Source of the DNA: Tubiluchus corallicola
Taxonomy: Eukaryota > Animalia > Priapulida
Reading direction: 5' to 3'
Assembly (NCBI GenBank): GCA_030141605.1
Contig: JAQGDQ010001949.1
Span: 1 to 19,578 of the forward strand
Length of the DNA stretch: 19,578 bases
The notes under the pieces are model-generated. The model did not search any database, was not told the origin of the DNA, and worked only from the letters and a program-made list of their open reading frames with translations. Positions 1-10,450 of the stretch are shown piece after piece. The position numbers were made by a program, and so were the translations under genes. Each line of letters opens with the position of its first letter. The stretch's first letter is position 1.

Positions 1-83
1 AATTATTCTGTGCGTAGAGTCACATTTTTGATTGATGTAGAATCAAGTGGCACATTCTGAATTGTCACTTTATTGATGTTCAC

Positions 84-631
84 CAGGGACGAGAATTTTC
101 CTGGGAAACTCGGAATTCTGAGTTTTTGGAAGACCAGTAGTGCCATTTTTGTAAATCGCGTAAATTCGTTGAGAAAATTTTTACGGACCCAGTACATTAT
201 TTCACAAGCTGACTGCTAGTTGGCAGGCCGTCACTTTGTTTACATCACGTACATCAGTGTAACCACATGTATATCTCTATGTATAAAAATATAGAATCAA
301 TTGTGCGGAGTTATTTGAGTCAATTGCAGACAGTTTTTATATACTTTTGCATAGGAGCGGCCAGTACTTAGCCATTTTTGAGACAATTAGGTATCATGTA
401 TCCTTGATAGTTGGATATTTTAAAGTATGCATGAAACAAGGTAATTGATATTTTTAGTCCACTTAGAGGTTCTCTATGGTCACAAAATTGCAATTTGTTT
501 TTGGCTCCAAGGGGCTTTGCCACCTTTAACCCCCATGGTGGCTTTGCCTCTCAACCCCATTGGGGACCTAGATGGCTCCCCAACCCCCGGCCTGTTTCAG
601 AGTTTTTTGCAATTTGTCATTCTCATCCCTG
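84..631. mobile_element. Non-autonomous TIR DNA transposon (hAT-like CAGGG termini) with 6-bp TSD
   Basis: TIR CAGGGACGAGAAT (84-96) vs ATTCTCATCCCTG (619-631), 12/13 match; flanking direct repeat GTTCAC at 78-83 and 632-637; no coding capacity. Confidence 0.7.
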
Positions 632-905
632 GTTCACTTGTATAATTTTGATGACTGCATGTTGTTTTCTGCAGCATGAAATCTTTGTAGAATTGTAATG
701 CATCTAAAGCCGTACAAATGCATGGTATAAGCACCCCGAGCACTCTCTGCTAAATTGATACACGACGTTTGTAATTCATATTACATTTGCATGGCCGTTA
801 TTTGCGACTTTGGCAAAGACAGTTCAGAAGTTGCAACTCACTCGACACTTGGATGCCATTTGCTTATTTTTGTCCAACATTTTCTAACATCTTCATGCTA
901 TAAAG

Positions 906-1309
906 CAAGGGTGTGCAAACTGCTGCCCGTGGGCCACTTGCGGCCGGCCGAGAGATCTTGTGCGGCCCGCGAAGAGGTTTGTCAACGTAATGAAAGTGCG
1001 GCCCACGCGATCCAGCTGAAGTCTGCGCCAATATCTCAAAGATATAGTGCGGGTAGTTTTTTCCTCTAGATCGGATGGCATTAACCCTTACAAGACCGTT
1101 GTCACTTTATGTCACTGTCTGACATGACGAAAAATATAAATTTTAATAACTTCGAAAATAGTTTCTTGAGTGTAGTAGTGCAGTAGTAATGATGTGCGCA
1201 AATCGGATACAAAAAAATCGTTATTAGGTCCTACTGTACTTGGCTCCTTGACCAAACTGTGCGGGATGTTTAATGTGGCCCGGCTAGTCAGATGATTTGC
1301 ACACCCCTG
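906..1309 (+). mobile_element. hAT/Charlie-like MITE, copy 1
   Basis: TIR CAAGGGTGTGCAAA / TTTGCACACCCCTG (13/14); GC-rich subterminal GCGGCCC/GGGCC motifs typical of Charlie-type MITEs; degenerate 8-bp TSD CTATAAAG/CTACATAT (5/8); homologous to 4000-4494 in reverse orientation. Confidence 0.8.
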
Positions 1310-1440
1310 CTACATATAAAGAAAGTTAGCATTTACTAAGAGATTCGTTGCAACTTCTGAGCGTGCTTTCACGTAGGATCTTGTTTTTATTTTCTCGGTT
1401 TTTGTGATTTGTGCCACACTGAACTCTGCTGCAAGTATAG

Positions 1441-1458
1441 GGAGTGACGTGTCAGATG
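1441..1458 (+). CDS. MAPK8IP3/SPAG9: Candidate 18-nt microexon of JIP3/4 (phase 1-1, xSDVSD)
   Basis: T-rich tract plus TGCTGC, then TAG|GGAGTGACGTGTCAGATG|GTATGC; open in phase 1; TGCATG twice downstream (1503-1508, 1532-1537). No homology support recalled. Confidence 0.5.
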
Positions 1459-1547
1459 GTATGCATTATTCTTTGCAATTTCTCCTGGTCTTTGTCGCAT
1501 TCTGCATGTTCTCTTGTTATCTTTTCGTGCTTGCATGCAGTACCTAC

Positions 1548-2424
1548 TAGTGGTGGGAACAATTTTATCAATTATAATCAATTTGGGGTTTAAAGCAACC
1601 AAAAAACTTGAAATTTAGTTTTAAGATTTTATTCTGTTGAAGTAGTGTCCTGTTGAAAAGCAGAAAACCAAGTGACCAGAACTACAGGTGAAATCATTTA
1701 GGTGTGAAAACAGGTTTAGAGATTATGCATTCATAAAGACTGTAGAAGCCAATGAAAATTTAAACAGTAAAGAGAAAGATTTAACAATTTTAACAAGAAC
1801 ACCTGAAGGTGGCAGCACTATGCAAAACTCAAAAACGTATGATGACAATACAACATAAATTTAAATTTAGAGTAATTAAAATGATTTTCTTCTGTCTATG
1901 GGTTCTTATTTCCGACCATTGATCATTCTAATCAGCTGCTGATTAGAAATCAATCAATCGCATCATCAGAGCCGTTTTCACTTATTATTTCCAAAAAAAT
2001 ATGAAATCCGCACGTTAAACTAGGCCACTGTATTTAAGCTAAACAAAATGGCACTACTTTTGCCTAGTAGCTTATCGTCTTGGCAACCGAGACACGAAGG
2101 TTTATCATAAACCGTTACCGTATGTGGCTGGTATAAACAAGAGTTAATACTAAGCAATTGTCGACGGCAGTTGTGTAGAACTGTTTTATGAACTTCAGAG
2201 TAATAATGTAAACTCATCTTAGAACTTATTCTTTACTTTTTACTTTTTCTACTAACATTTTAATTAAAACAGTAATGGTTAAAGTAACAAACCTGTTACA
2301 CTCAAAATGTTATTTGTTAGAAATTTCGAAATTTTTATGCATAAAAATCGAGTATGATTGATTATCGAATCGATTTCATATCCAATTAATCGATAATCTA
2401 AATGAAACCGACGTCCCACCACTA
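1548..2424. mobile_element. Non-autonomous hAT-like element with TAGTGGTGGGA TIRs
   Basis: Perfect 11-bp TIR TAGTGGTGGGA (1548-1558) / TCCCACCACTA (2414-2424); 8-bp TSD GTACCTAC (1540-1547) / GTACTTAC (2425-2432), 7/8; repeated AATCG/ATCGA subterminal motifs. Confidence 0.75.
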
Positions 2425-3218
2425 GTACTTACAATATTCTGTTCTTGATAGATTTATCTGCACGTGTCACGAATGTAGAAAATTATGGAATGGTGATATT
2501 AATGTTTTTCTAAATGTTTATTTCTAATTTGTGTAATAACGCATGCTGTGTGTCTGTGTGTCATTCTGTCATTCCGTATCTACGATGCTCAAGCTCTAAC
2601 CTAAAGATTTTTGACTTAGCACACGTAGATCGATTCCTAATCAGGGATTAATTTTTTTACCAGGCCTGCAGTATCATTTCTGTTTGCCTAACAATGGTCT
2701 ATTTTTTTTCACAAAATTTTTTTCATTTGTAAAAAAAATTCATCTGGTAACTGTGTTTATCACAAGCGTAACTGTTTACGTTTTATTGGGACTGTTCATC
2801 AATAACTTTGTACAGGTGGTGGTCTGATTCTCCAGTAAAAACCTTCCAGGGATAATTACTTAGCATTTTAACATGTTTATTTAATTTGAGTATCATATTA
2901 AAGATTATATATTATATATAAAAAAGATATATAAAGGGTATATGTTGCTTTTGTGATCATGGACTTATACAGACTTTCTAGGTTACCTAAGTGCTTTTAT
3001 ATTAAAAAAAGAGCGTAACTGCCCTTCTTCAAATCGTACAACTTAAGGAGTAATTATTATTTACGTATGCAAATCATAACTTTCAGAATGTAGAACGTAA
3101 TCACTGTTGATGATATCTTAAATGTTTGTTTATTCTGTAGTACTGTAGTTGATTTTAGCAACTAATTGCATGTTTTGTTTTATTGCATGCCTGCCGACAC
3201 CTGTCTTTGAAAATACAG

Positions 3219-3236
3219 TCAGTGACACTTTCTTTG
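3219..3236 (+). CDS. MAPK8IP3/SPAG9: 18-nt microexon of JIP3/4 (phase 1-1, (V)SDTFF-G)
   Basis: CAG|TCAGTGACACTTTCTTTG|GTACGT; joins exon 5194 to give xSDTFFGMSKEVENL, matching the recalled VRDDFF-GMGKEV (vertebrate JIP3) and DNFFGMGKEV (insect Syd) segment; branch-like ACTAAT 3161-3166, TGCATG at 3167-3172 and 3184-3189. Confidence 0.8.
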
Positions 3237-3512
3237 GTACGTATATAAGCTGTTTCGTGTGCCATTGAAAGCGTTTATCGTGTATGCGCAAAAAACGTCT
3301 TTTATGAACTATGAACTATGAATTTATTTTTCACACATCAAAATACAATATTGTACACATAAATAAACAATAAATAAAACGATTTGAGTAGTGTGAGGTG
3401 AGTGTACGACCATACGGTCATTAACACACTCACCTTACTTAAATGAAAATGAAAAAATTGTTAAAGTTATGCGTGCTTTTGTAGATGACTTAATGAAATT
3501 GATGTAATAAAA

Positions 3513-3754
3513 TAAATGATGTAATAATAGCAAGGAAACATAAGGAAAACATAATATGTAATTACGATTTTGATGTAAATATTGAAATAATTTTGAAATA
3601 AAGTAAATGATGTAATAATAGCAAGGAAACATAAGGAAAACATAATATGTAATTACGATTTTGATATTTGTGTTTGGGTGGTTTGTTTGTTTTGTTTTTG
3701 TTTTTGGTTGTGTTTGGGAAACATAAGGAAAACATAATATGTAATTGATTTTGA
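3513..3754. repeat. Local triplication of a ~60-bp AT-rich segment
   Basis: GGAAACATAAGGAAAACATAATATGTAATT occurs three times (~3533, ~3625, ~3718); the first two copies share a longer flank. Confidence 0.85.
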
Positions 3755-3999
3755 TACAGGCTGCGATGAATGAATAATTTCATTTAAATTGATTTATACG
3801 TTTTACTAATAAAGTAACAAAGGTCGTAATGGTACCTATTAGTAAAAGAAAAACACTAGTCTTTATTTATTATACCATGTGGTTTTTAACTTCTGAAAAA
3901 CTGTTTTACACTTCTTTTGTGAGTGAGTGTTTTGTGTGTGACGTGTAAAAATATGAGCAGTTGATGGGTATAATCAACATAATTTCTAATCATGTAGCT

Positions 4000-4494
4000 C
4001 AGAAGTGTGCAAATTATCTGACTAGCCAGGCCACATTAAACTTTCCCGCAATTCCTGCAGGCCACATGCAGTTTGATCAAGGAGCCAAGTACAGAAAGGC
4101 CTAATAACGATTTTTTTTGCATCCGACCTGCGTACATCATTGCACTCAAGAAACTATTTTAGAAGTTACTAAAATTTATATTACAAACCATATATTTCTA
4201 CTTTCAGGACAGATAGTGGTAATTTCATTACAATGCATATTAGTAATGTGTATCACACAGTCTGTGTAGTACAGTGACATTAAGCTACAACCGTCTTGTA
4301 AGGGTTAATGGCATCCGATCTAATAGAAAAAACTACCCGCACTATCTTTGGAATCGTGGCACGGACTTCAGCTGGATACACTTAATTAATCACCCAGGCC
4401 GCACTTTCATTAGGTAGACAAATCTCTTCGCGGGCCGCACGAATTCTCTCGGCGGGCCACAAGTGGCCCGCAGGCCGCAATTTGCACACCCCTG
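4000..4494 (-). mobile_element. hAT/Charlie-like MITE, copy 2 (inverted relative to 906-1309)
   Basis: TIR CAGAAGTGTGCAAA / TTTGCACACCCCTG; 8-bp TSD ATGTAGCT (3992-3999) / ATCTAGCT (4495-4502), 7/8; its reverse complement aligns with copy 1 and carries an extra ~90-bp internal segment. Confidence 0.85.
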
Positions 4495-5193
4495 ATCTAG
4501 CTTATACGCAATGCAATTTGTTGTCACACCAAGAAATCATTACATTAACCACCAAATTCCTTTAAGATGTTCATTTACTAAGTCATACAGTGACATCAAC
4601 TCTGAGCAAACGTACATCTTTTGTTTGGCAAAAAAACTCAGTTGGTATCATGAATCCTAATCATGTCACAGCAACATCATTGGGTTAATCATAGAAATTG
4701 CTGTGTCTTTTGTGCAACATTACACTGAGCAATTGGTGAAATACTTTGTAAATAACATAACTATATATAGTATGTGTAAGTATATAGTATAAGTATACAG
4801 TATACTTGTTATATAGTATAAAAAGTATACTGTATATTTTACCTATACTTTGAGTAATTTTCCATTTATTAACTTAACACTTAACACTACACGTTTTTTT
4901 ATAGTTTTGACTTGATGTGTTTTCATGCGCTGATGATTTATAAATTTTGTACTTTGCATACTTTTCTGTATGTACATGAACACATTATCATTGTATATAA
5001 TAAATAAATATCCTGTAGTAATTATTACTTCAAGAAAACAGCTCAAAAAGTAAATCAGTGCACCGTAATAGTTAGTAAACTAAACTTCCATGTAATGAAC
5101 CAGTACATCTGTTATCTCATTCTAGGTTCTAGCTATGAGTAAATACAGTCCACTGTAATAGTTTATAAGCTAAGCTCTGTTATCTCATTCTAG

Positions 5194-5251
5194 GTATGAG
5201 TAAAGAGGTGGAGAATCTCATCCTGGAAAATACTGAATTATTAGCAACAAA
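5194..5251 (+). CDS. MAPK8IP3/SPAG9: JIP3/4 exon (phase 1-2): GMSKEVENLILENTELLATK, start of leucine zipper II
   Basis: TTCTAG|GT ATG...ACA AA|GTGAGT; peptide matches the conserved GMG(K/R)EVENLILENxxLLxTKNALN motif. Confidence 0.95.
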
Positions 5252-5390
5252 GTGAGTAGGAAAATTTTCCCCATGTTCTGTGCGTGTTTTTAGAAATGAG
5301 TCTTGTAAAGTTATTTGTGCACAGATCTTTTTTGGCAAATGCATATTTAAATGGAGTAAGCGATAGCTATTTGAAATTAAAGGTCAAACA

Positions 5391-6268
5391 CAGGGGCGTA
5401 GCCAGGTTCTAAAGTTTGAGGGAGCAAGCATATAAAAAAGGCGTGCTGTGACATGTTACCAAACAATTTTTAACGTATTGATTTTAATTTTGTATTTAAA
5501 ATGAAGATACGAGGAAGATTCAGTTTTAAAAGAAGTGCATAATTGTTATGTTGTATTTAAAATTAGAACACAATAAAACGCTTTTCTCCATGATGTTCCT
5601 ACCGTAAAAAATCTATGATAGTATGATTGTTTTTCTAAATAATCTTAACAACAGACATGGTAGGACATCCTCATAATAAAACGTAAAGACACCAAAACTT
5701 ACTTTTGCAATTTATAATTATCAGTATGCCTGCTGGTAAGCAGTCGTGTCTAGACAAGCGTGTGACAAGAATTATCAGTATGCCTGCTGGTAAGCAGTCG
5801 TGTCTAGACAAGCGTGTGACAAGAATTATCAGTATGCCTGCTGGTAAGCAGTCGTGTCTAGACAAGCGTGTGACAAGAATTATCAGTATGCCTGCTGGTA
5901 AGCAGTCGTGTCTAGACAAGCGTGTGACAAGAATTATCAGTATGCCTGCTGGTAAGCAGTCGTGTCTAGACAAGCGTGTGACAAGAATTATCAGTATGCC
6001 TGCTGGTAAGCAGTCGTGTCTAGACAAGCGTATGACAAGAATACATTATAATAATTACGTGTGGCCATTTGATCCTTGGTTCAGTCAGTCAGACTTGACA
6101 AATGGGTTGTGTAAATGCATGTTTATTTCAAAAACAAGGTAGGCAGGTTGGTCAAATAGTTTCCATTGTTGAAAAAGTGCCAATTTCGAAATTGTTGAAA
6201 AAGTGCCGTTTTTAAAATATGTACTTGGGGGAGGTTCGTCCCCTTGCTCCCTGAAAGCTATGACACTG
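5391..6268. mobile_element. Probable degenerate hAT-like non-autonomous element containing the 54-bp array
   Basis: CAGGGGCGTAGC (5391-5402) vs GCTATGACACTG (6257-6268), 9/12; subterminal GGGAGCAAG / CTTGCTCCC inverted match; weak TSD GTCAAACA/GTGAAGCC (5/8). Confidence 0.5.
5716..6042. repeat. Minisatellite, 54-bp unit x6
   Basis: Unit AATTATCAGTATGCCTGCTGGTAAGCAGTCGTGTCTAGACAAGCGTGTGACAAG, near-identical copies; explains ORFs 5705-6142(+) and 5671-6027(-). Confidence 0.97.
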
Positions 6269-6918
6269 GTGAAGCCATCTGGAAAGTTAAGCTTATTTCA
6301 GTGTTCGGGAAAAATGTTAGCAAGATTTAGTAATATAAGTGCGATAAGCGCCTCATGTAATTAGTATAATCACTTTGAAGCCCCGATCGTTTCACGCTTG
6401 GGTGTTTTCCTGTTCATCAGCTGAGGAAAAGCAGCACACCGTCAATTTCCGTCAGAAGTATAACACATTTTTGCAAAAATTAGAGAGTTAATTTTGTTAT
6501 AAAACTTTGTATTGCATAAGCATTAGGGTTTTCGTGAGCTGCTGAAGTTTGAATTAGTTTAAGCAGCGAACACTTATGGAGAGCCACGATGCGCTTATGA
6601 GAAACCATCAGGTTCACCAGTTACGTCATAATTTTTGAGTGAAAATTATGTTCAGGGTAATATAAATTAACCTTATGCTTTATAGACAGTCTTTTTGCAT
6701 ATTTCTTTGTTATTTTTATGCAATGTTTTTCTAAGTTTTAGTGATAATAATAATATAAACCCAACCTGCTAAGAGACGTGTACTTTTCGTTAAAATTGTG
6801 AGTGCCACACTTTTTTTGAGATTGATCACAGTGAGAAATAACGGAAAGAAACTTTCATGTTCAAATGGATCCAAGGAAACCACAATTCTAAGTTTTCATT
6901 TGCATATAATTTACTGAA

Positions 6919-7451
6919 AGGAAAACTAGACGATTGATTAGACTCAATCTCTTTTTAATTTACTGTCCAAAATATACATTTTCTTGCCTATAAAAGTTAG
7001 CAATTATTTCTAATATTTGAATAATTGCCTCGAAAAGTTAATTAGCTGCAATCGAACGCAGCTATCACTTAATTCACGAACTAACCACATTTCTTGTAAT
7101 GGTGGACATCTTCCCTGCGCGACAAGCACGTTTACGTAAGCGAAGATTGCTATAAGACGCGGATGTGATGTCACGAAAATGACCTCTACATCACACTAAC
7201 ATCACAGACGAACACTGCAGTTCATGATAACATGCTTATCACAGTGCAACGCCTATTTGTCGGCCACACAAACAAGACAAAATGGCACTATTGCCAGTCT
7301 TAGTGGGTTTGCTGAGCTGCGTGTAGCTTTGAAAGTTTAACAAACTTTAACTAACCTAGGTAATTATTATTTATTCTAAGATTTGATGTAAAAAATCTGT
7401 TGTCGTTTTCAACATTTTGGAGCATTCTTTATTTTGAAGACTGGTTTTCCT
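6919..7451. mobile_element. Possible Kolobok-type MITE
   Basis: AGGAAAACTAGAC (6919-6931) vs GACTGGTTTTCCT (7439-7451), 11/13 inverted; flanks TGAA / TTAA, consistent with a degenerate TTAA TSD. Confidence 0.45.
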
Positions 7452-7473
7452 TTAAATCAGATAGATACTTTAA

Positions 7474-7969
7474 CCCTTTCATACCCATTGTATCCCGTGG
7501 GATTCAAGAATATTTTCTGCCTTTAAAATTAATAATTTTTTAAAACTGACACTTATTTGATCTGTTAATAGTTATTTTGATTTAAGCCAATAACAATAGA
7601 CTAAAATAGTGATAAAATGGCAAACTAAAAAATCTACATAGCATAAAAAACTGTGCAAGGTACAGTACTTTAGAGACGACTTTGTACAGATCAGCATAGC
7701 GTGCATACTAAATGTCTTAAATACTTTAAAAAATTATCAGCAGTTGCAAAATGAAGCAAACTTCAGATTTCCAAAAATACAGCATTTGCTTTTTATCATG
7801 TTTAGCAACCATTGAATCCCAATGTATCCTGTGGGATACAGGCTATAGTCAGCACACGGGTACAGGTAGAAAAAAATAATTATTATGTGTAAACAAGATG
7901 GACATACTTAACAAAAGTACCAAGCCAAAAAATTTTTCTTATTGAAAAAATAATTTGGGACTGAAAGGG
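7474..7969. mobile_element. piggyBac-type MITE
   Basis: TTAA|CCCTTTCATACCCA ... TGGGACTGAAAGGG|TTAA (12/14 TIR, TTAA TSD); internal quasi-palindromic repeat TGTATCC(C/T)GTGGGAT(T/A)CA at ~7489 and ~7823. Confidence 0.85.
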
Positions 7970-8054
7970 TTAAATGAACTGATTTTGAATTGCATTTTTC
8001 CATTATTACTTTGTTATTCCCAGTGTTGTCAAAGCTGTGCTCACTTTTTCATAG

Positions 8055-8259
8055 AAATGCTTTAAACGTTGTGAAAGATGACCTCATAGCAAAGGTAGAC
8101 GAACTTACTAGCGAGCACGAAGTTCTTAAAGAGGAAATACAGTCGTTACACGAGGCGAAGGCGCGTCTCCAACAGCGCGTGCAGGAGCTCGAAGCCGAGT
8201 TGAGGAGGGTGAAAGAGGAGGCGGAGAAAAATAACGAAGCCAACAAAGAGGAGGACGAG
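8055..8259 (+). CDS. MAPK8IP3/SPAG9: JIP3/4 exon (phase 2-0): NALNVVKDDLIAKVDELTSEHEVLKEE...KEEDE, leucine zipper II coiled coil
   Basis: TTTTTCATAG|A AAT GCT...GAC GAG|GTAGGT; 205 nt; conserved KNALNVVKxDLIAKVDEL motif. Confidence 0.97.
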
Positions 8260-8293
8260 GTAGGTAAAATGATGTTTGCAGCGAGAGTAATTA

Positions 8294-9016
8294 GGTTTAA
8301 ATATTGATGTGTTTGTATAGCAGCTGATTAGTCGTGTCTGGGTTTAAGCAGCTGGTTAGTCGTGTCTGGGTTTAAATATTGATGTGTTTGAAAAGCAGCT
8401 GATTAGTCGTGTCTGGGTTTAAATATTGATGTGTTTGAAAAGCAGCTGATTAGTCGTGTCTGGGTTTAAATATTGATGTGTTTGAAAAGCAGCTGATTAG
8501 TCGTGTCTGGGTTTAAGCAGCTGGTTAGTCGTGTCTGGGTTTAAATATTGATGTGTTTGAAAAGCAGCTGGTTAGTCGTGTCTGGGTTTAAATATTGATG
8601 TGTTTGAAAAGCAGCTGATTAGTCGTGTCTGGGTTTAAATATTGATGTGTTTGAAAAGCAGCTGATTAGTCGTGTCTGGGTTTAAGCAGCTGATTAGTCG
8701 TGTCTGGGTTTAAGCAGCTGATTAGTCGTGTCTGGGTTTAAGCAGCTGATTAGTCGTGTCTGGGTTTAAGCAGCTGATTAGTCGTGTCTGGGTTTAAGCA
8801 GCTGATTAGTCGTGTCTGGGTTTAAGCAGCTGATTAGTCGTGTCTGGGTTTAAGCAGCTGATTAGTCGTGTCTGGGTTTAAGCAGCTGGTTAGTCGTGTC
8901 TGGGTTTAAATATTGATGTGTTTGAAAAGCAGCTGATTAGTCGTGTCTGGGTTTAAGCAGCTGATTAGTCGTGTCTGGGTTTAAGCAGCTGGTTAGTCGT
9001 GTCTGGGTTTAAGCAG
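8294..9016. repeat. Composite minisatellite of 28-bp and 47-bp units (~20 units)
   Basis: Core AAGCAGCTG(A/G)TTAGTCGTGTCTGGGTTT with or without the 19-bp insert AAATATTGATGTGTTTGAA. Confidence 0.97.
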
Positions 9017-9548
9017 CCAAAGGGATCACAATTACTTTCACCTGCTCTCTTTAAATGTTAAACAATGTTATTGTTATTTAACATTTATTTTTTTAATTTT
9101 TAATTTTTACGTTTCATGTACAGTCCCTATAATAGAAGTTTTACTTTGCACAGTATACAAAAGTGTTAATACGTAAGTGAAAAATATGAAATAATCAATA
9201 TAAAGAAACTGTAATTAATATTGTGTTAAAAGCATGGCTGTAGAAGCTTATTTACAATTAAAAAGAAAATACGGTGCAACATAGCTAATGATTATTTATA
9301 AGTATTTCGCTTTTAAATGTTTCATATTTTGTAATTTTACTTAATTTAGTTTTGATTGCACATTGATTGTAATACTTGCTTGCCTTGACTATAAACTCTT
9401 ATACCAGAACTACCTGTAGAAATAGTAAATTTCACTGTCTAGCGGTCCGATCATATCGCTGTTGAAATTCGGCTGATTAAAAGATGTAAGATGGTTGTCT
9501 AATATTTTATGAAGCAAGCCAACATCAGCAACTATGGTTAATTTTTTA

Positions 9549-9958
<410 letters not shown>

Positions 9959-10262
9959 CTGTGTTCATAAGCGAATCACAACAAGCTGACAGTAAGTAAA
10001 CTTTCAATTATTTCCAGTAGTCATTTGTAATGACATCAGATACCTGGTCATATTTTCGCTTATTCGCCATGATAATAATACCTTGTGCATTAACAAAAAT
10101 GGTTGGATTTTACAAAGATTCGAGATTTGTAAACAAAATCATAGCTTCTACAGGTTAAAAGACTTTTGCGGCAATATTTACCCTACTTCTCCGTATTGTT
10201 GTTAATGTAGTTTGTTCTTTACTAAATCATTTTTGGTGTTGCAATCTCTCTCTTTGTAACAG

Positions 10263-10450
10263 GAGGATGTCCCCATGGCTCAGAGGAAGAGATTCACTCG
10301 GGTGGAGATGGCGAGAGTGTTAATGGAGAGAAACCAGTACAAGGAGCGGCTAATGGAGTTGCAAGAAGCAGTCCGGTGGACAGAAATGATACGTGCCTCT
10401 CGTCAAGATCCGTCGCTGGACAACAAGAAAAAGTCCTCTATATGGAAATT
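10263..10450 (+). CDS. MAPK8IP3/SPAG9: JIP3/4 exon (phase 0-2): [47 protein letters not shown]...[11 protein letters not shown]2 domain
   Basis: TTTGTAACAG|GAG GAT...AAA TT|GTAAGT; near-invariant JIP3/JIP4 signature; not listed in the ORF track in this frame. Confidence 0.98.

Noticed and set aside
656-700. TGCATG plus TTTTCTGCAG acceptor-like site at 674
   Set aside because: In phase 1 the next codon is TGA, and there is no good frame-preserving donor.
2607-2624. 18-nt AG...GT segment after a pyrimidine-rich tract
   Set aside because: Contains TGA in the required phase 1 frame; weak donor.
5671-6142. Repetitive ORFs on both strands (IISMPAGKQSCLDKRVTR)n
   Set aside because: By-product of a stop-free 54-bp tandem repeat in an intron.
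8294-9016. CRISPR-like appearance of repeat plus intervening segment
   Set aside because: Intervening segments are identical rather than unique spacers; eukaryotic intron; no cas genes.
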